The notes below the pieces were generated by a model, which was not told the DNA's origin, did not search any database, and worked only from the letters and a program-made list of their open reading frames with translations. A program made the position numbers and the translations under genes. From the IMG/VR virus record IMGVR_UViG_2609460125_000009: a stretch of 64,000 nucleotides of DNA; one strand, given 5' to 3'. Below, piece by piece: positions 1-9,471 of this stretch (position 1 is its first letter; every line of letters begins with the position of its first letter). The DNA comes from a virus (Duplodnaviria > Heunggongvirae > Uroviricota > Caudoviricetes).

Positions 1-72
1 GCGCGACAAAAAGGCGGAAGCCGAGTTTGAAGAATTTGTAGATTATCTGTTGAGTCTGGAGGAAGAAGAATA
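1..72 (+). CDS. 3' end of an upstream ORF truncated by the window edge (..EFEEFVDYLLSLEEEE*)
   Basis: Open frame from window start to TAA at 70-72, immediately followed by the next gene; function unknown. Confidence 0.3.
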
Positions 73-432
73 ATGTCCATGAAAATGGGTGACCTAGCAA
101 AGCGCAAAGAGCCTGATGCACCGGCTAAGAACACAACTCCTTTGCGCCAACCAGTCAGACCACAGGGACGCCCGACTCGTGGCAAAGAGAAAATTAAAAG
201 CCGCACAATGTCACTGGAGGACGAATACTTCGAACTGCTGGAGATGATGAAGTTCATCCCTCGCTTCGAGAAGTTCACTCGTTCTGACGTGATTCGAGCA
301 GCCATTTTCCATCTGGCAGAGAAGTCACCGCAGGAAATCGAGGACATCGTGAAATTGAATGAGGCGATCACCGCTGCCGATGTCACGATGCGTACCGATG
401 AAATCAAACGAGAGTTGATGAAGAAAGGTTAA
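73..432 (+). CDS. hypothetical small basic protein; possible ribbon-helix-helix DNA-binding protein
   Basis: 119-aa ORF; basic low-complexity N-terminus then a short beta-strand/helix pattern (TMSLEDEYFELLEMMK) typical of RHH proteins; inference only. Confidence 0.45.
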   Translation: MSMKMGDLAKRKEPDAPAKNTTPLRQPVRPQGRPTRGKEKIKSRTMSLEDEYFELLEMMKFIPRFEKFTRSDVIRAAIFHLAEKSPQEIEDIVKLNEAITAADVTMRTDEIKRELMKKG

Positions 433-484
433 AAATCATGCATTGGCGCGTACATTGCGCCAATGCATAACTACAGTGTCAGCT

Positions 485-1252
485 TTATGCCGCGCTAACA
501 CTATGTTCAGTCCTAACCACCCCAACCTTCACAAAAGGGCTACCGTAGCTTGGTGGCTTCTTGATTAATTTGCCTACATACAGTTTTCTAATATGCTCAT
601 CGGCTATTCTGCCAACAAATTCATAACGTTTTGTGTCGGGGCCAAGAGCTATATCCCTTGTAAAGTACTGCTGAGAACCGGCTTTGACCCAGCATTCAAT
701 CTGATAAACTTCCATTATCAGCCCACCATATGTAGCGTAGGCATATTTGAGATTCTCGTCTCTTGGAACCTTTGCCCATACGCCACGCGTAGCTTCATAT
801 AATGCCAGAGCGGACATTCCTGACTTGTAGGTGCTGTTTAGCAGGAAGGCAAGACCGGCGTGCTCAGGAGCAATTTCAGTTTCCTCTTGCAGCACTAAGT
901 GATGGTAGGCGTCCAGTGATATTCTGCCCATCATGGAACCACTTCCTCGTACCTTATTCGTAAGCTCTCCGACCCCCATAAGGTCGATGCATGTCGCCTC
1001 AACAAGTTTGGCTGTGGTTTCATCCATACCATGACGAAGTATATCTATGCCTAATTTTTTATTAGCCAAAAGTTCTTTGATCCGCATGGATTTGGGAGAG
1101 TCATCGGGATACTTGATGTGATCGAGACAACGAGTCGATTTGCCTTTTCCTATGTAAAACGGTCTTTTCATCTTGTCTTCTGTATCATAGAGACAGTAAA
1201 CATAGTATTTAGCCTTATCCAATGATCTCGCGTATACCGATAAATCGTCCAT
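485..1252 (-). CDS. GIY-YIG nuclease domain protein (possible homing endonuclease)
   Basis: N-terminal motifs YYVYCLY ... PFYIGKG ... R..H ... E ... N match the GIY-YIG catalytic core; C-terminal ~150 aa unknown. Confidence 0.7.
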   Translation of the reverse strand: MDDLSVYARSLDKAKYYVYCLYDTEDKMKRPFYIGKGKSTRCLDHIKYPDDSPKSMRIKELLANKKLGIDILRHGMDETTAKLVEATCIDLMGVGELTNKVRGSGSMMGRISLDAYHHLVLQEETEIAPEHAGLAFLLNSTYKSGMSALALYEATRGVWAKVPRDENLKYAYATYGGLIMEVYQIECWVKAGSQQYFTRDIALGPDTKRYEFVGRIADEHIRKLYVGKLIKKPPSYGSPFVKVGVVRTEHSVSAA

Positions 1253-1362
1253 TATTGCATCTCTTTGCTACTGACTAATGCGTTCTATTTTACACATAAG
1301 TTTTTAATCAATTTAACAGGCTCAAAGTGTAGAGCTTCTGGGCGTCTAAGACGACAAGTTAT

Positions 1363-1426
1363 GCCTGCTTCTGTATATATAAATAATAAGTAACTTATTA
1401 AATATATACGGAAGCAGGTCTTTTAA
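1363..1426 (+). terminator. long-stem hairpin (17-bp arms, conserved G.U position) followed by T-run; twin of the element at 48727-48791
   Basis: gcctgcttctgtatatat ... atatatacggaagcaggtc then tctttt; contains TATATAAATA. Confidence 0.45.
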
Positions 1427-1525
1427 AAGACACCACCAGAACAACTCCCTTCCGTTTCCACTTCCAAAAACTGCCACCAGTCGCTATCATCCGCTCATTG
1501 TGATAAGTAAGTAACTACCTACCAG

Positions 1526-2275
1526 GTGAGCCACATGAGCCAAATCTTTTTCGATACCATCGACAACGACCAGTACGACTTCATGACAGAGTGGAATACC
1601 GCTGTTATGGACAAGTGGGTCGCTGAAAACATTGGTTTGTCGCGCTGTAAAGACGAGGCTGAACTCTTCGAGACGAAGTGGTTTGATTACCGCGACATGC
1701 ATCCTCTCATGGCCACCTGTCTTTTTACGGAGGCATACAAACGTCAGTACTCAAATATCATGCTGACGCACGGTCGCGAACACTTTGAAACAGCTCCGTT
1801 CACCACCGGGTTAAAACGCCTGCCTTATCAGGAGTTGTCGACTGCCAATAAAACGTCGCTATGGAAAGCACGCCAGTTTGCGGATCGCTATTGCTGCTCA
1901 TACGACTACTTTATCTCCACCGTTCTTTCCGCAGCTGCACGACGGCTGTGGGACAAGCTGCCGCGCCCACAGCATTTGTGGCAGCCAGAGCTGATTGAGA
2001 TATTCGAAGAGAAATTAGCCAGACGCGCAACAACCCGTCTGGATGACTCTCTCGTTAGCTTTAAGCATATGGGAGACATGCAGTTCAACCCGATTCAGGA
2101 AAGCTATTTTGAGTGGATTCTGGAGCGTTTACGCACCATCCCCCGCAGCAAGCGCATACGCGCAATTTTCTCCGCTATCTGGCTAATGGAAATCGTTCCA
2201 GAGCGCCTTATTTCCGCCCACTTTCCAGAAGAACTGGAAGAAGCACGGCGGTTTATTGATCCCCTATCTAATTAA
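1526..2275 (+). CDS. hypothetical protein (candidate helicase-associated factor by position)
   Basis: 249-aa ORF with AGGTGAG RBS, directly upstream of the DnaB-like helicase; no recognisable motif. Confidence 0.55.
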   Translation: MSHMSQIFFDTIDNDQYDFMTEWNTAVMDKWVAENIGLSRCKDEAELFETKWFDYRDMHPLMATCLFTEAYKRQYSNIMLTHGREHFETAPFTTGLKRLPYQELSTANKTSLWKARQFADRYCCSYDYFISTVLSAAARRLWDKLPRPQHLWQPELIEIFEEKLARRATTRLDDSLVSFKHMGDMQFNPIQESYFEWILERLRTIPRSKRIRAIFSAIWLMEIVPERLISAHFPEELEEARRFIDPLSN

Positions 2276-2318
2276 CTAATACTAGAAAACAATTTGTTTA
2301 AAAAACAAAGGAAAGCAC

Positions 2319-3659
2319 ATGACCGAACTTTGCCATACAGGACGCGGGCTGTCCGAAGAGTTTGATGAAGATTTTCAGAACAGATTGACGGCCTATTTTT
2401 GTCGTGATCACGAGTTTCTTACTCGTGCTGGAGATCTGGTTGTACCTAGCCAATTTGCCAATGCGGCCAATGCCATATTGGTTAATATGGTTTCGGGCTA
2501 TTACCGTATGTACAAGAGCGCGCCCTCTTCATCTGCGATTCTGGATATGCTTAAGCGTGCGAAACGCGATAAGACTATCCGTGAGGAACTATTCGCCGAT
2601 GTTGTTGCTGCGTTTAAGCGCATCCTTGCAGAAAAATTGTCTGATACCTCGTACATGGTTGACCAGGTATCAACCTTCGCAAAAAGCGTAGCGTTTGATG
2701 ATGCTCTGATTAAGGCTGCTGAACTGAAAGAGAAGGGCGACTTTCAGGGGGCGATGGCAATCATGGCCAAGGTTCAGCAGATTGGATCGAACGAAGCGAC
2801 CGGAATCTATGACTACTACACCTCCGCAAGTGAGCGATTGAAAGCGCGTGAATATGAGGCTTCAGAGGAGTATGTGCCAAACAGCATTACAACTGGACTC
2901 CCTCTGCTCGATAGGTTGCTGTACCAAAAAGGCTGGGCGAAGCGTGAAATGGTGCTCTTCATGGGGTTCGCTAAATCCGGTAAATCGACCGCAATGGGTG
3001 AGTTTTCCATAAACGCAACGCTTGCTGGCTACAATGTTCTGTATCTCTCGCTGGAGGTTCACACCACCATTTTATCCGACCGTTTTGATGCAAGATTGTC
3101 GGAGACAGAAATGTCCAAGCTGGTGGAACGGCGCGATGAGGTTCATCGTAAGTTGGCAGAGTTGGGAGCCACGAAGGGGATTGGTAGTTTGTGGGTTGTT
3201 GAGCGTCCGTCAGGAAGTATGTCACCGGCAGATCTGGACCGTATGCTTAACAGCATGAAAGCCAATGGCATGGTGCCTGACATGGTTGTTGTCGACTACG
3301 CAGATTTGATGCGTGCCAGTTATGACCTTCGTGATGATCGCGCCAACATTCGTAGTATCTACACCGATTTACGTGCTCTTTATGACAAGCATAACGTTGC
3401 TGGGATCACGGCATCGCAGACAAACCGTGAAGGTGGCGCGTCAGAAGTTGCCACAATGATGCACGCTGCCGACAATATCGAAAAAGTACGTATTGCTGAC
3501 CTGGTAATAACGATCAACAAAACCGAAGAAGAAGAAGCGAAAGGAGAGGCTCGTCTCTACTTTGCTGGTTCACGTAACCAGCAGGGAGGGATCAGCATTC
3601 GCGTTAAACAAAACCTCGAACAAATGCGCTTCATTGAGCGAATCTTAGACGTTACCTAA
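2319..3659 (+). CDS. DnaB-family replicative DNA helicase
   Basis: Walker A GFAKSGKST, Walker B VVVDYADLM, RecA-like C-terminal domain typical of DnaB/T7 gp4 helicases; conserved AAAGGAAAGCACATG start context. Confidence 0.85.
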   Translation: MTELCHTGRGLSEEFDEDFQNRLTAYFCRDHEFLTRAGDLVVPSQFANAANAILVNMVSGYYRMYKSAPSSSAILDMLKRAKRDKTIREELFADVVAAFKRILAEKLSDTSYMVDQVSTFAKSVAFDDALIKAAELKEKGDFQGAMAIMAKVQQIGSNEATGIYDYYTSASERLKAREYEASEEYVPNSITTGLPLLDRLLYQKGWAKREMVLFMGFAKSGKSTAMGEFSINATLAGYNVLYLSLEVHTTILSDRFDARLSETEMSKLVERRDEVHRKLAELGATKGIGSLWVVERPSGSMSPADLDRMLNSMKANGMVPDMVVVDYADLMRASYDLRDDRANIRSIYTDLRALYDKHNVAGITASQTNREGGASEVATMMHAADNIEKVRIADLVITINKTEEEEAKGEARLYFAGSRNQQGGISIRVKQNLEQMRFIERILDVT

Positions 3660-3740
3660 AAAATAAGCGTGGAGAACACCTCCACGCTTGATTCATTGGT
3701 GAAACAACTTTTCTTTTGCCAAACCACAAAAGAAAAACAC

Positions 3741-4922
3741 ATGAGCCTTTATGTTATATCAACATTTAGGTTGGTCACAATATTGCCTGTTAAAAGTGGA
3801 ATTATCGTGAGCGAGCTGAAAGAGCTAATTACCGAATTAGATTTTGAACAATGGTTGGATACTGAAGGTATCGTTTATCGACGTGGAGGCGTGAGTACTC
3901 GCGGTCGTGAAGTGAATATCAAGGAGTGTCCGGTATGTGGCAGCTCCAACTGGAAGGTATATTTCAATCTGACCAGTGGCGTCGGTAAATGCTTCGCTGG
4001 TGATCATCCCGAAGAGATTCAGTTCAATAAGCTGGTCTTCCTCAAGCACTACAGCGGCAAATCACGACGACAGTTCGAGGAATATGTGCAGAACGCCCTT
4101 CTTTCCCAGGGGTGGGCACCAAAGAAAGAAGAGATAGTGCTTGCAAGCACAGTCGAGTTAGAGGGACCACTTGCACTCCCTCGTCATTACGAACTTCCTA
4201 TAGATGGCCGTCTTCCAGACTATCTGGTTGAACGAAACATATCGCCTGAAATGGCAAAGTATTTTGACCTACGATACTGCGTCGAAGGCAAGCACGCTTA
4301 TGTAGATCCGTATACAGATCAGGTTAAAGGACAGATATTCGATATGCGAATACTGATACCGGTTTACGATCTGGATGGGGTAATGAAGACATTTCAGGGG
4401 CGAGACATTACCGGTACAGCTGAACGTCGCTACCTCTTTCCTATGCAGCTTCCAGCTTCAGGTAAGTTTCTCTACAACGGCCATAATGCGGTCGGCAAAC
4501 AGACTGTAGTTGTCTGTGAGGGGGCGTTCGATGTTATGGGAGTTAAACGAGCTATTTTTGATGAAGAAACATTACGTGATTACGTGGAACCGATAGGAAC
4601 GTTCGGGATGCATCTATCTGGTAACACCACTCAGGATGCAGAAGATCAGTTGGGCGCGTTCCTGACGCTCAAGGCGCGTGGATTACGTAATGTGATCATG
4701 ATGTGGGATAGTGAAAAGCAAGCTATACGCAACACTATGGCCGCAGCCAGGCGACTGACCAGTATTGGTCTTAATGTCAAAGTAGCATGTTTGGGCGAGG
4801 AAGGACTCGACCCAGGCGATGCAACGCCAGAACAAATTATCAAAGCCTATTATCGGGCAAAACCGTATACCAAACAGTTGGAGTTGCAAAGCAAGGTTTT
4901 GGGCATTAAGGCGCTATCGTAA
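3741..4922 (+). CDS. DNA primase (zinc-finger + TOPRIM)
   Basis: CPVCGSS..C zinc ribbon, TOPRIM-like VVVCEGAFDVMG; start placed at the ATG with the conserved AAAAACACATG context (ORF in track begins at 3669). Confidence 0.8.
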   Translation: MSLYVISTFRLVTILPVKSGIIVSELKELITELDFEQWLDTEGIVYRRGGVSTRGREVNIKECPVCGSSNWKVYFNLTSGVGKCFAGDHPEEIQFNKLVFLKHYSGKSRRQFEEYVQNALLSQGWAPKKEEIVLASTVELEGPLALPRHYELPIDGRLPDYLVERNISPEMAKYFDLRYCVEGKHAYVDPYTDQVKGQIFDMRILIPVYDLDGVMKTFQGRDITGTAERRYLFPMQLPASGKFLYNGHNAVGKQTVVVCEGAFDVMGVKRAIFDEETLRDYVEPIGTFGMHLSGNTTQDAEDQLGAFLTLKARGLRNVIMMWDSEKQAIRNTMAAARRLTSIGLNVKVACLGEEGLDPGDATPEQIIKAYYRAKPYTKQLELQSKVLGIKALS

Positions 4923-4997
4923 CAAGTGCCGCTAAAATAAGTAGATGATTACTTATCTTTCTGTAAGAATACTTTCATCTGTTAGCTAGGAGTTGGT

Positions 4998-5780
4998 ATG
5001 AAAGACGAAATTCAGAAATTAGCCTGCGACATCATTGATAAAACTGGTTTAGAAATCAGCGAGTGCAATCGGCTAGACATCATTGAAAAAGCCGTAAAAA
5101 CAGCAATGGATCATATCGCCACTCGTTTGGTCGAGATCCCGCTACCGGGGCTACCTTATCTGAAGGTTAAGTTACACGTATGGGGTGAACCTTCTTGTGC
5201 ACGGCGTTATGCATTAGTTGTTTTTATTAGCAAAGAAAACCCGATCAGTCTTAAAGTGCAGGTTGGGGCATGGATGGATGGCAAAGTGATCTACACAAAT
5301 ACCGTTTTTTGTGCGTCAAATGACAGTATTATTGAAGAGGCTATTCAAGAATCACTTCTAACTATGCATAGCTTAGTTTTGCTGGAAGACAAGCAAAACT
5401 ACGAAGAGTACTTACGGTCGATAAAAGGTGAGAGAACATTGTCACTTAAAGCCGATTTCGTTACCCCGACAAACCTGTTGGAAGTCTTGCTTAATAAAGG
5501 GGCTAATGATGCCGTAAATGTAATCAGGGAGAGCGAATATTCGACTCTTTGGGACATGTGCAAAAGCCAGTTGGATCTGGTGCATATCGTTATTGATGCT
5601 GGGAAGGCATGTGATGGCGTAATGGCGGAATTTGCTGGGAAGGTGGTCAGGATTGCTAACGAATTACCGATGATAGAGCAAGAGGCCAAATCATACGCCA
5701 CCAATCATGTCACAGAGCTTCTTGTCCCCTATCGCTTAGAAAGCAATCAGCGCAAGATGGTTAGCTGGGGAAGTTGGTAA
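4998..5780 (+). CDS. hypothetical protein
   Basis: 260-aa ORF with AGGAG RBS. Confidence 0.55.
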   Translation: MKDEIQKLACDIIDKTGLEISECNRLDIIEKAVKTAMDHIATRLVEIPLPGLPYLKVKLHVWGEPSCARRYALVVFISKENPISLKVQVGAWMDGKVIYTNTVFCASNDSIIEEAIQESLLTMHSLVLLEDKQNYEEYLRSIKGERTLSLKADFVTPTNLLEVLLNKGANDAVNVIRESEYSTLWDMCKSQLDLVHIVIDAGKACDGVMAEFAGKVVRIANELPMIEQEAKSYATNHVTELLVPYRLESNQRKMVSWGSW

Positions 5781-5835
5781 TCTCTCCGCGCGTCGTTTTT
5801 TACGCAAATAACGATAGGTAAGTACAAGATTATTT

Positions 5836-6318
5836 ATGGCGGTAGTTGTGAAAGCTGATTTGTCAAAAATCCCTTCTATTTCAGGAAATAACGGTTATTC
5901 ACTTCGTTGTGAGGAAGTAAAGATAAACGGTGAGTCGGCATATTGCAGCTATTCCGTTTGCCAGCACACCATTCTTGCCTTCAAAGAAAACCGTCTTCCT
6001 CGAACTTCTTTCCAGTCGTGCGCAACCGCTATTAAAGCAGGCAAATGCAAGGCGTTAAAAATGATGGTTGAAGAGATTCGTAAAGGAGAATCTCTGTATT
6101 TCGAAGATATGACCGCGCTCATTAAGGAGGTTGAAGAACGGAATAAACAAGCCAGAACTATAAAACGAAAACGTGACAGTGTAACGATTAATAGCATGGT
6201 TAAGAAGAGCACCACATCACAAACAGCGATCACTGACGTGTATGCGGCGTTGCTTGAAGAAACAACAAAAGAAACACATGAGCAAATCGATCAACATATG
6301 GAGGCAAAACAACAATGA
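5836..6318 (+). CDS. hypothetical protein
   Basis: 160-aa ORF, stop overlaps ligase start. Confidence 0.5.
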   Translation: MAVVVKADLSKIPSISGNNGYSLRCEEVKINGESAYCSYSVCQHTILAFKENRLPRTSFQSCATAIKAGKCKALKMMVEEIRKGESLYFEDMTALIKEVEERNKQARTIKRKRDSVTINSMVKKSTTSQTAITDVYAALLEETTKETHEQIDQHMEAKQQ

Positions 6319-7637
6319 AAAAGTTGATCGCACTTAAGCATAAGCTGGACGAAATGAAAGCTATGGGAACCAATGCAAAAAAAGAGGCATTGGCCAACAT
6401 GGATGACTTCGAGCAAAGCATGGTTTCATTGATGCTCAACCCTTTCATCCGTTTTGGGGTAAAGAAATACAAAGTGGCAGAGCCGCTTAGTGAGTCCGTC
6501 CCAAGTGACGAAAAAGCCATTGATATACTGAATAAGCTGGCCTCTCGCGAGCTGACGGGGAACGCAGCAATAGCAGCTGTTGAGTCTATCGTGGCGTCAA
6601 TGTGCGCCGATGGGCAGGACGTGTTCCGTCGTTTCCTCTTAAAAGACCCGAAAGCAGGTGTTGGGATTAGCCTATGCAACAAGGTTTTTGAAAATCCCAT
6701 TCCGAAATTCGAGGTGCAGCTGGCGTCACCGTATAAAGAAAAAGGCGACAAATACCCCTTCAAGCCAAATCCTAAAGCCAAATGGCCGATGATTGGCAGC
6801 CTTAAGCTCGATGGTTTGCGAGTAATTTGCGAGGTTATTGTTGACGAGGAAGAGGTTAACTTCCTTTCTCGTACTGGTAATCCAATCACGTCTCTCGATC
6901 ACCTAAAGCCAGCCATGCTCGAATTAGGCAAACTTTCAGGCCACAAACACATCTTCTTCGATGGTGAAGGAACAGCCGGTTCATTTAACCAGTCCGTATC
7001 TGCATTGCGCAAAAAGAACGTGCAGGCAATTGGCGCTATTTATCATGTTTTCGACTTCTTCCTACCGGAATGGCGGGCACAGGCTAAATCCAAAGAGTAT
7101 GCAAAGACAGGTATGAAGCTGAAAGAGCGCCTGGCTATTCTCGTGGCGTTGTTCAAAAACGATCGCAGTGAAGACTACGCGCAAGACATTCACCTACATC
7201 CGTTCTACATCATCCATAGCCACGAAGACTTCATCGAACGCTTCATGAAACGCCTGGACGATAACGAAGAAGGGGAGATGGGCAAAGATCCGAACTCTGT
7301 TTACGAGTTTAAACGTACCCGCAGCTGGTGGAAGTTAAAAGACGAAGATTCAGAAGATGGTGAAATTATCGACTTTGAGCCGGGCGACCCGGACTCTGGT
7401 TTTGCCAACACACTTGGAAAAATTGTTATTCGTCTTGAAAACGGCGTCATCGTTCGTGCGAGCGGCATTAAGCATAAATATCTGGACGAGATCTGGAACA
7501 ACAAAGAGAAGTACCGTGGTCGTATTGTCGAGGTTCATTGTCACGAGAAAACACCGGACGGCAGCTTACGCCACCCACGACTGAAATGGCCGCGTTGCTT
7601 ACGCGATACAGAAGATCGAATCGGAGATAAAGAATGA
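6315..7637 (+). CDS. ATP-dependent DNA ligase
   Basis: KxDG adenylation motif (SLKLDGLR), size and context in the replication module. Confidence 0.8.
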   Translation: MKKLIALKHKLDEMKAMGTNAKKEALANMDDFEQSMVSLMLNPFIRFGVKKYKVAEPLSESVPSDEKAIDILNKLASRELTGNAAIAAVESIVASMCADGQDVFRRFLLKDPKAGVGISLCNKVFENPIPKFEVQLASPYKEKGDKYPFKPNPKAKWPMIGSLKLDGLRVICEVIVDEEEVNFLSRTGNPITSLDHLKPAMLELGKLSGHKHIFFDGEGTAGSFNQSVSALRKKNVQAIGAIYHVFDFFLPEWRAQAKSKEYAKTGMKLKERLAILVALFKNDRSEDYAQDIHLHPFYIIHSHEDFIERFMKRLDDNEEGEMGKDPNSVYEFKRTRSWWKLKDEDSEDGEIIDFEPGDPDSGFANTLGKIVIRLENGVIVRASGIKHKYLDEIWNNKEKYRGRIVEVHCHEKTPDGSLRHPRLKWPRCLRDTEDRIGDKE

Positions 7638-7813
7638 TGCTCGGCTGGATGATTGCATTTTTAGCGGTTGGTTTTTTAATCGGTATTGTGGTGATGTCCA
7701 GTTGCATCAATGACTACATTAAAAGCGGTGTTATAGAACGACGCGGTCGTATTTATCGCATTGTAGAAATAACCCGCACAGTGAAGGAGATTAAGGATGA
7801 TCGTATTAAGTAA
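7634..7813 (+). CDS. small membrane protein (59 aa), paralog of the 8009-8161 ORF
   Basis: ATG overlaps ligase stop; one TM helix then GRIYRIVEITRTVKEIKD, resembling GKRVYRVVHETKVRK in the 8009 ORF. Confidence 0.4.
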   Translation: MMLGWMIAFLAVGFLIGIVVMSSCINDYIKSGVIERRGRIYRIVEITRTVKEIKDDRIK

Positions 7814-8012
7814 GCGGGAGAAGGAAACGCTTCATGAAATCAGTAAGTGGCCGGAGTTCCCTGAGTACTGGAAGCCTAAAACGCGGGCTAAGTTAGAGCG
7901 GTTAGGGTTGGTTGCAAACGTTTCTGAAACGTGGTGTTCGGCCAACTACCAGTTAACTGATAAAGGGAAAGTATTGCTACAGCAATTAGTAGAATCAGGA
8001 GCGTTAAAATGA
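7797..8012 (+). CDS. hypothetical protein (71 aa)
   Basis: ORF in track, translationally coupled to neighbours. Confidence 0.4.
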   Translation: MIVLSKREKETLHEISKWPEFPEYWKPKTRAKLERLGLVANVSETWCSANYQLTDKGKVLLQQLVESGALK

Positions 8013-8161
8013 TTCCATACATCTCATTAGCTTTTATGGGTGGCTTCCTTATCGGCTTCGGCATCTGTCGTGATTTAATTAAGCAGGAACTTAAAACCAA
8101 AACACTGTGCATCGGAAAGCGTGTGTATCGGGTAGTTCATGAAACAAAGGTTAGAAAATGA
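8009..8161 (+). CDS. small membrane protein (50 aa), begins MIPYI on the recurring 13-mer AATGATTCCATAC
   Basis: ATG 8009 overlaps previous stop; TM helix; C-terminal similarity to the 7634 ORF. Confidence 0.4.
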   Translation: MIPYISLAFMGGFLIGFGICRDLIKQELKTKTLCIGKRVYRVVHETKVRK

Positions 8162-8448
8162 GCAATTTAACTTCTTGGGACTGGTGGTTGGCCACCTATT
8201 TCTTAGCGGCCGGAGTCGCATTCGCCTTTTACGTAGGTCAGTTAGTCGTAAAACTGCTGCTGATTAAATTTGCCAGTCATAAACGTATCGATGATGGTCT
8301 GTGGCGTCTTGGCACCCTGGTGGAAACTCGCTACGGGCAACTTAAGGAGAACGAAACCATTACTATCCAAGCGAAACGATTCACTGCCACCATCACAAGA
8401 ACACCTAGTCGTAGAGTGGCCTTGATCAAAAAAGTCACAACCGAATAA
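8158..8448 (+). CDS. membrane protein (96 aa)
   Basis: N-terminal TM helix (WWLATYFLAAGVAFAFYVGQLVV). Confidence 0.5.
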   Translation: MSNLTSWDWWLATYFLAAGVAFAFYVGQLVVKLLLIKFASHKRIDDGLWRLGTLVETRYGQLKENETITIQAKRFTATITRTPSRRVALIKKVTTE

Positions 8449-9224
8449 AAACATGGTGATAAGTATTTACTTACTTATCTTTTATGTATAAGATGACTTT
8501 GTTTTCGTTGAGACGCGACTGTTTGAACTTAAATACAAGTGCAAACGAAGAAGTCTATCTGGCAGTAGCCTAATAAGCCAAACACCAGCGAGGTCAGTTT
8601 CCAGCCTCGTTACCGAAATGGGACACACTGAGCGAGTGTGATTGCAGAACGCAGGAGGGAACATTCATGTTCCCTCCGATGAAGTAACAGAATGGGCGGT
8701 TGGTATATTTTCAACTCCATATGACTCCCGGATTCTTAGCCACTGACCGCCCATCCTGTTACGTCATTTTGTTCAATTATGTCGTTTATACTGGGTTAAA
8801 AAGCGGCGACGTAGCCCGGCTGGTATGGTTAGCCAGCACACAACGTTGAGGCCATTACATTTTTATCAATTCTAAGGTTCTATTCACAGAGATACCGGCG
8901 AGCGTTGATATGTAACATGTTGGGCAAACATTCAATCGGAGTAGTGGCCTCAACGTTGTGAAGACAGGATTGTTGTGTAGGTTTAACCACTGTTGCCATT
9001 GGTGCCTGTTTTCACAACAAATGATTCCATACATCACATTGTATAAATTACAAAGTAGGTGCTGTCCTCAGAAACATCATCTACTTAAAGATTTTGCCTT
9101 CTATTGAGCGAAGTCGAAAACGTCTGGCACTAACGGAAAGTGCAAGTAGCGGTGTGTTTCCTGGCAGAAACTAACACCGCCGCGATTGGCACTGTTGAGT
9201 AATAAATACTGGCAGTGCTGAATT

Positions 9225-9299
9225 GATGGTGTAGCTCAGCGGTAGAGCAGTTGGCTGTTAACCAACTGGTCGGTGGTTCGAATCCACCCACCATCGCCA
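9225..9299 (+). tRNA. tRNA-Asn (anticodon GTT)
   Basis: Manually folded cloverleaf: acceptor gatggtg/caccatc, D-arm gctc-agcggta-gagc, anticodon loop ctGTTaa, T-arm ggtgg-ttcgaat-ccacc, discriminator G + CCA. Confidence 0.85.
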
Positions 9300-9304
9300 A
9301 TTTA

Positions 9305-9391
9305 GGGGAGTTAGTCCGTAGAGGTAGCGGGGTAGACTGTAAATCTACTGTCATTGCGACTCGGGTGGTTCGACTCCATCACTCCCCACCA
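9305..9391 (+). tRNA. tRNA-Tyr (anticodon GTA), type II with long variable arm
   Basis: acceptor ggggagt/actcccc, anticodon arm gtaga-ctGTAaa-tctac, T-arm ggtgg-ttcgact-ccatc, discriminator A + CCA; D-arm pairing less clean. Confidence 0.75.
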
Positions 9392-9395
9392 AATT

Positions 9396-9471
9396 GCCGG
9401 TTTAGCTCAGTTGGTAGAGCGCCTGCCTTGTAAGCAGGATGTCAGCGGTTCGATCCCGTTAACCGGCACCA
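9396..9471 (+). tRNA. tRNA-Thr (anticodon TGT)
   Basis: acceptor gccggtt/aaccggc, D-arm gctc-agttggta-gagc, anticodon arm cctgc-ctTGTaa-gcagg, T-arm agcgg-ttcgatc-ccgtt, A + CCA. Confidence 0.85.

Noticed and set aside
6230-6889. 219-aa minus-strand ORF
   Set aside because: Lies entirely antisense to the ATP-dependent ligase gene; Ser/low-complexity rich; no start context. Same reasoning applies to the other antisense ORFs in the track (e.g. 593-802, 2404-2691, 3837-4049).
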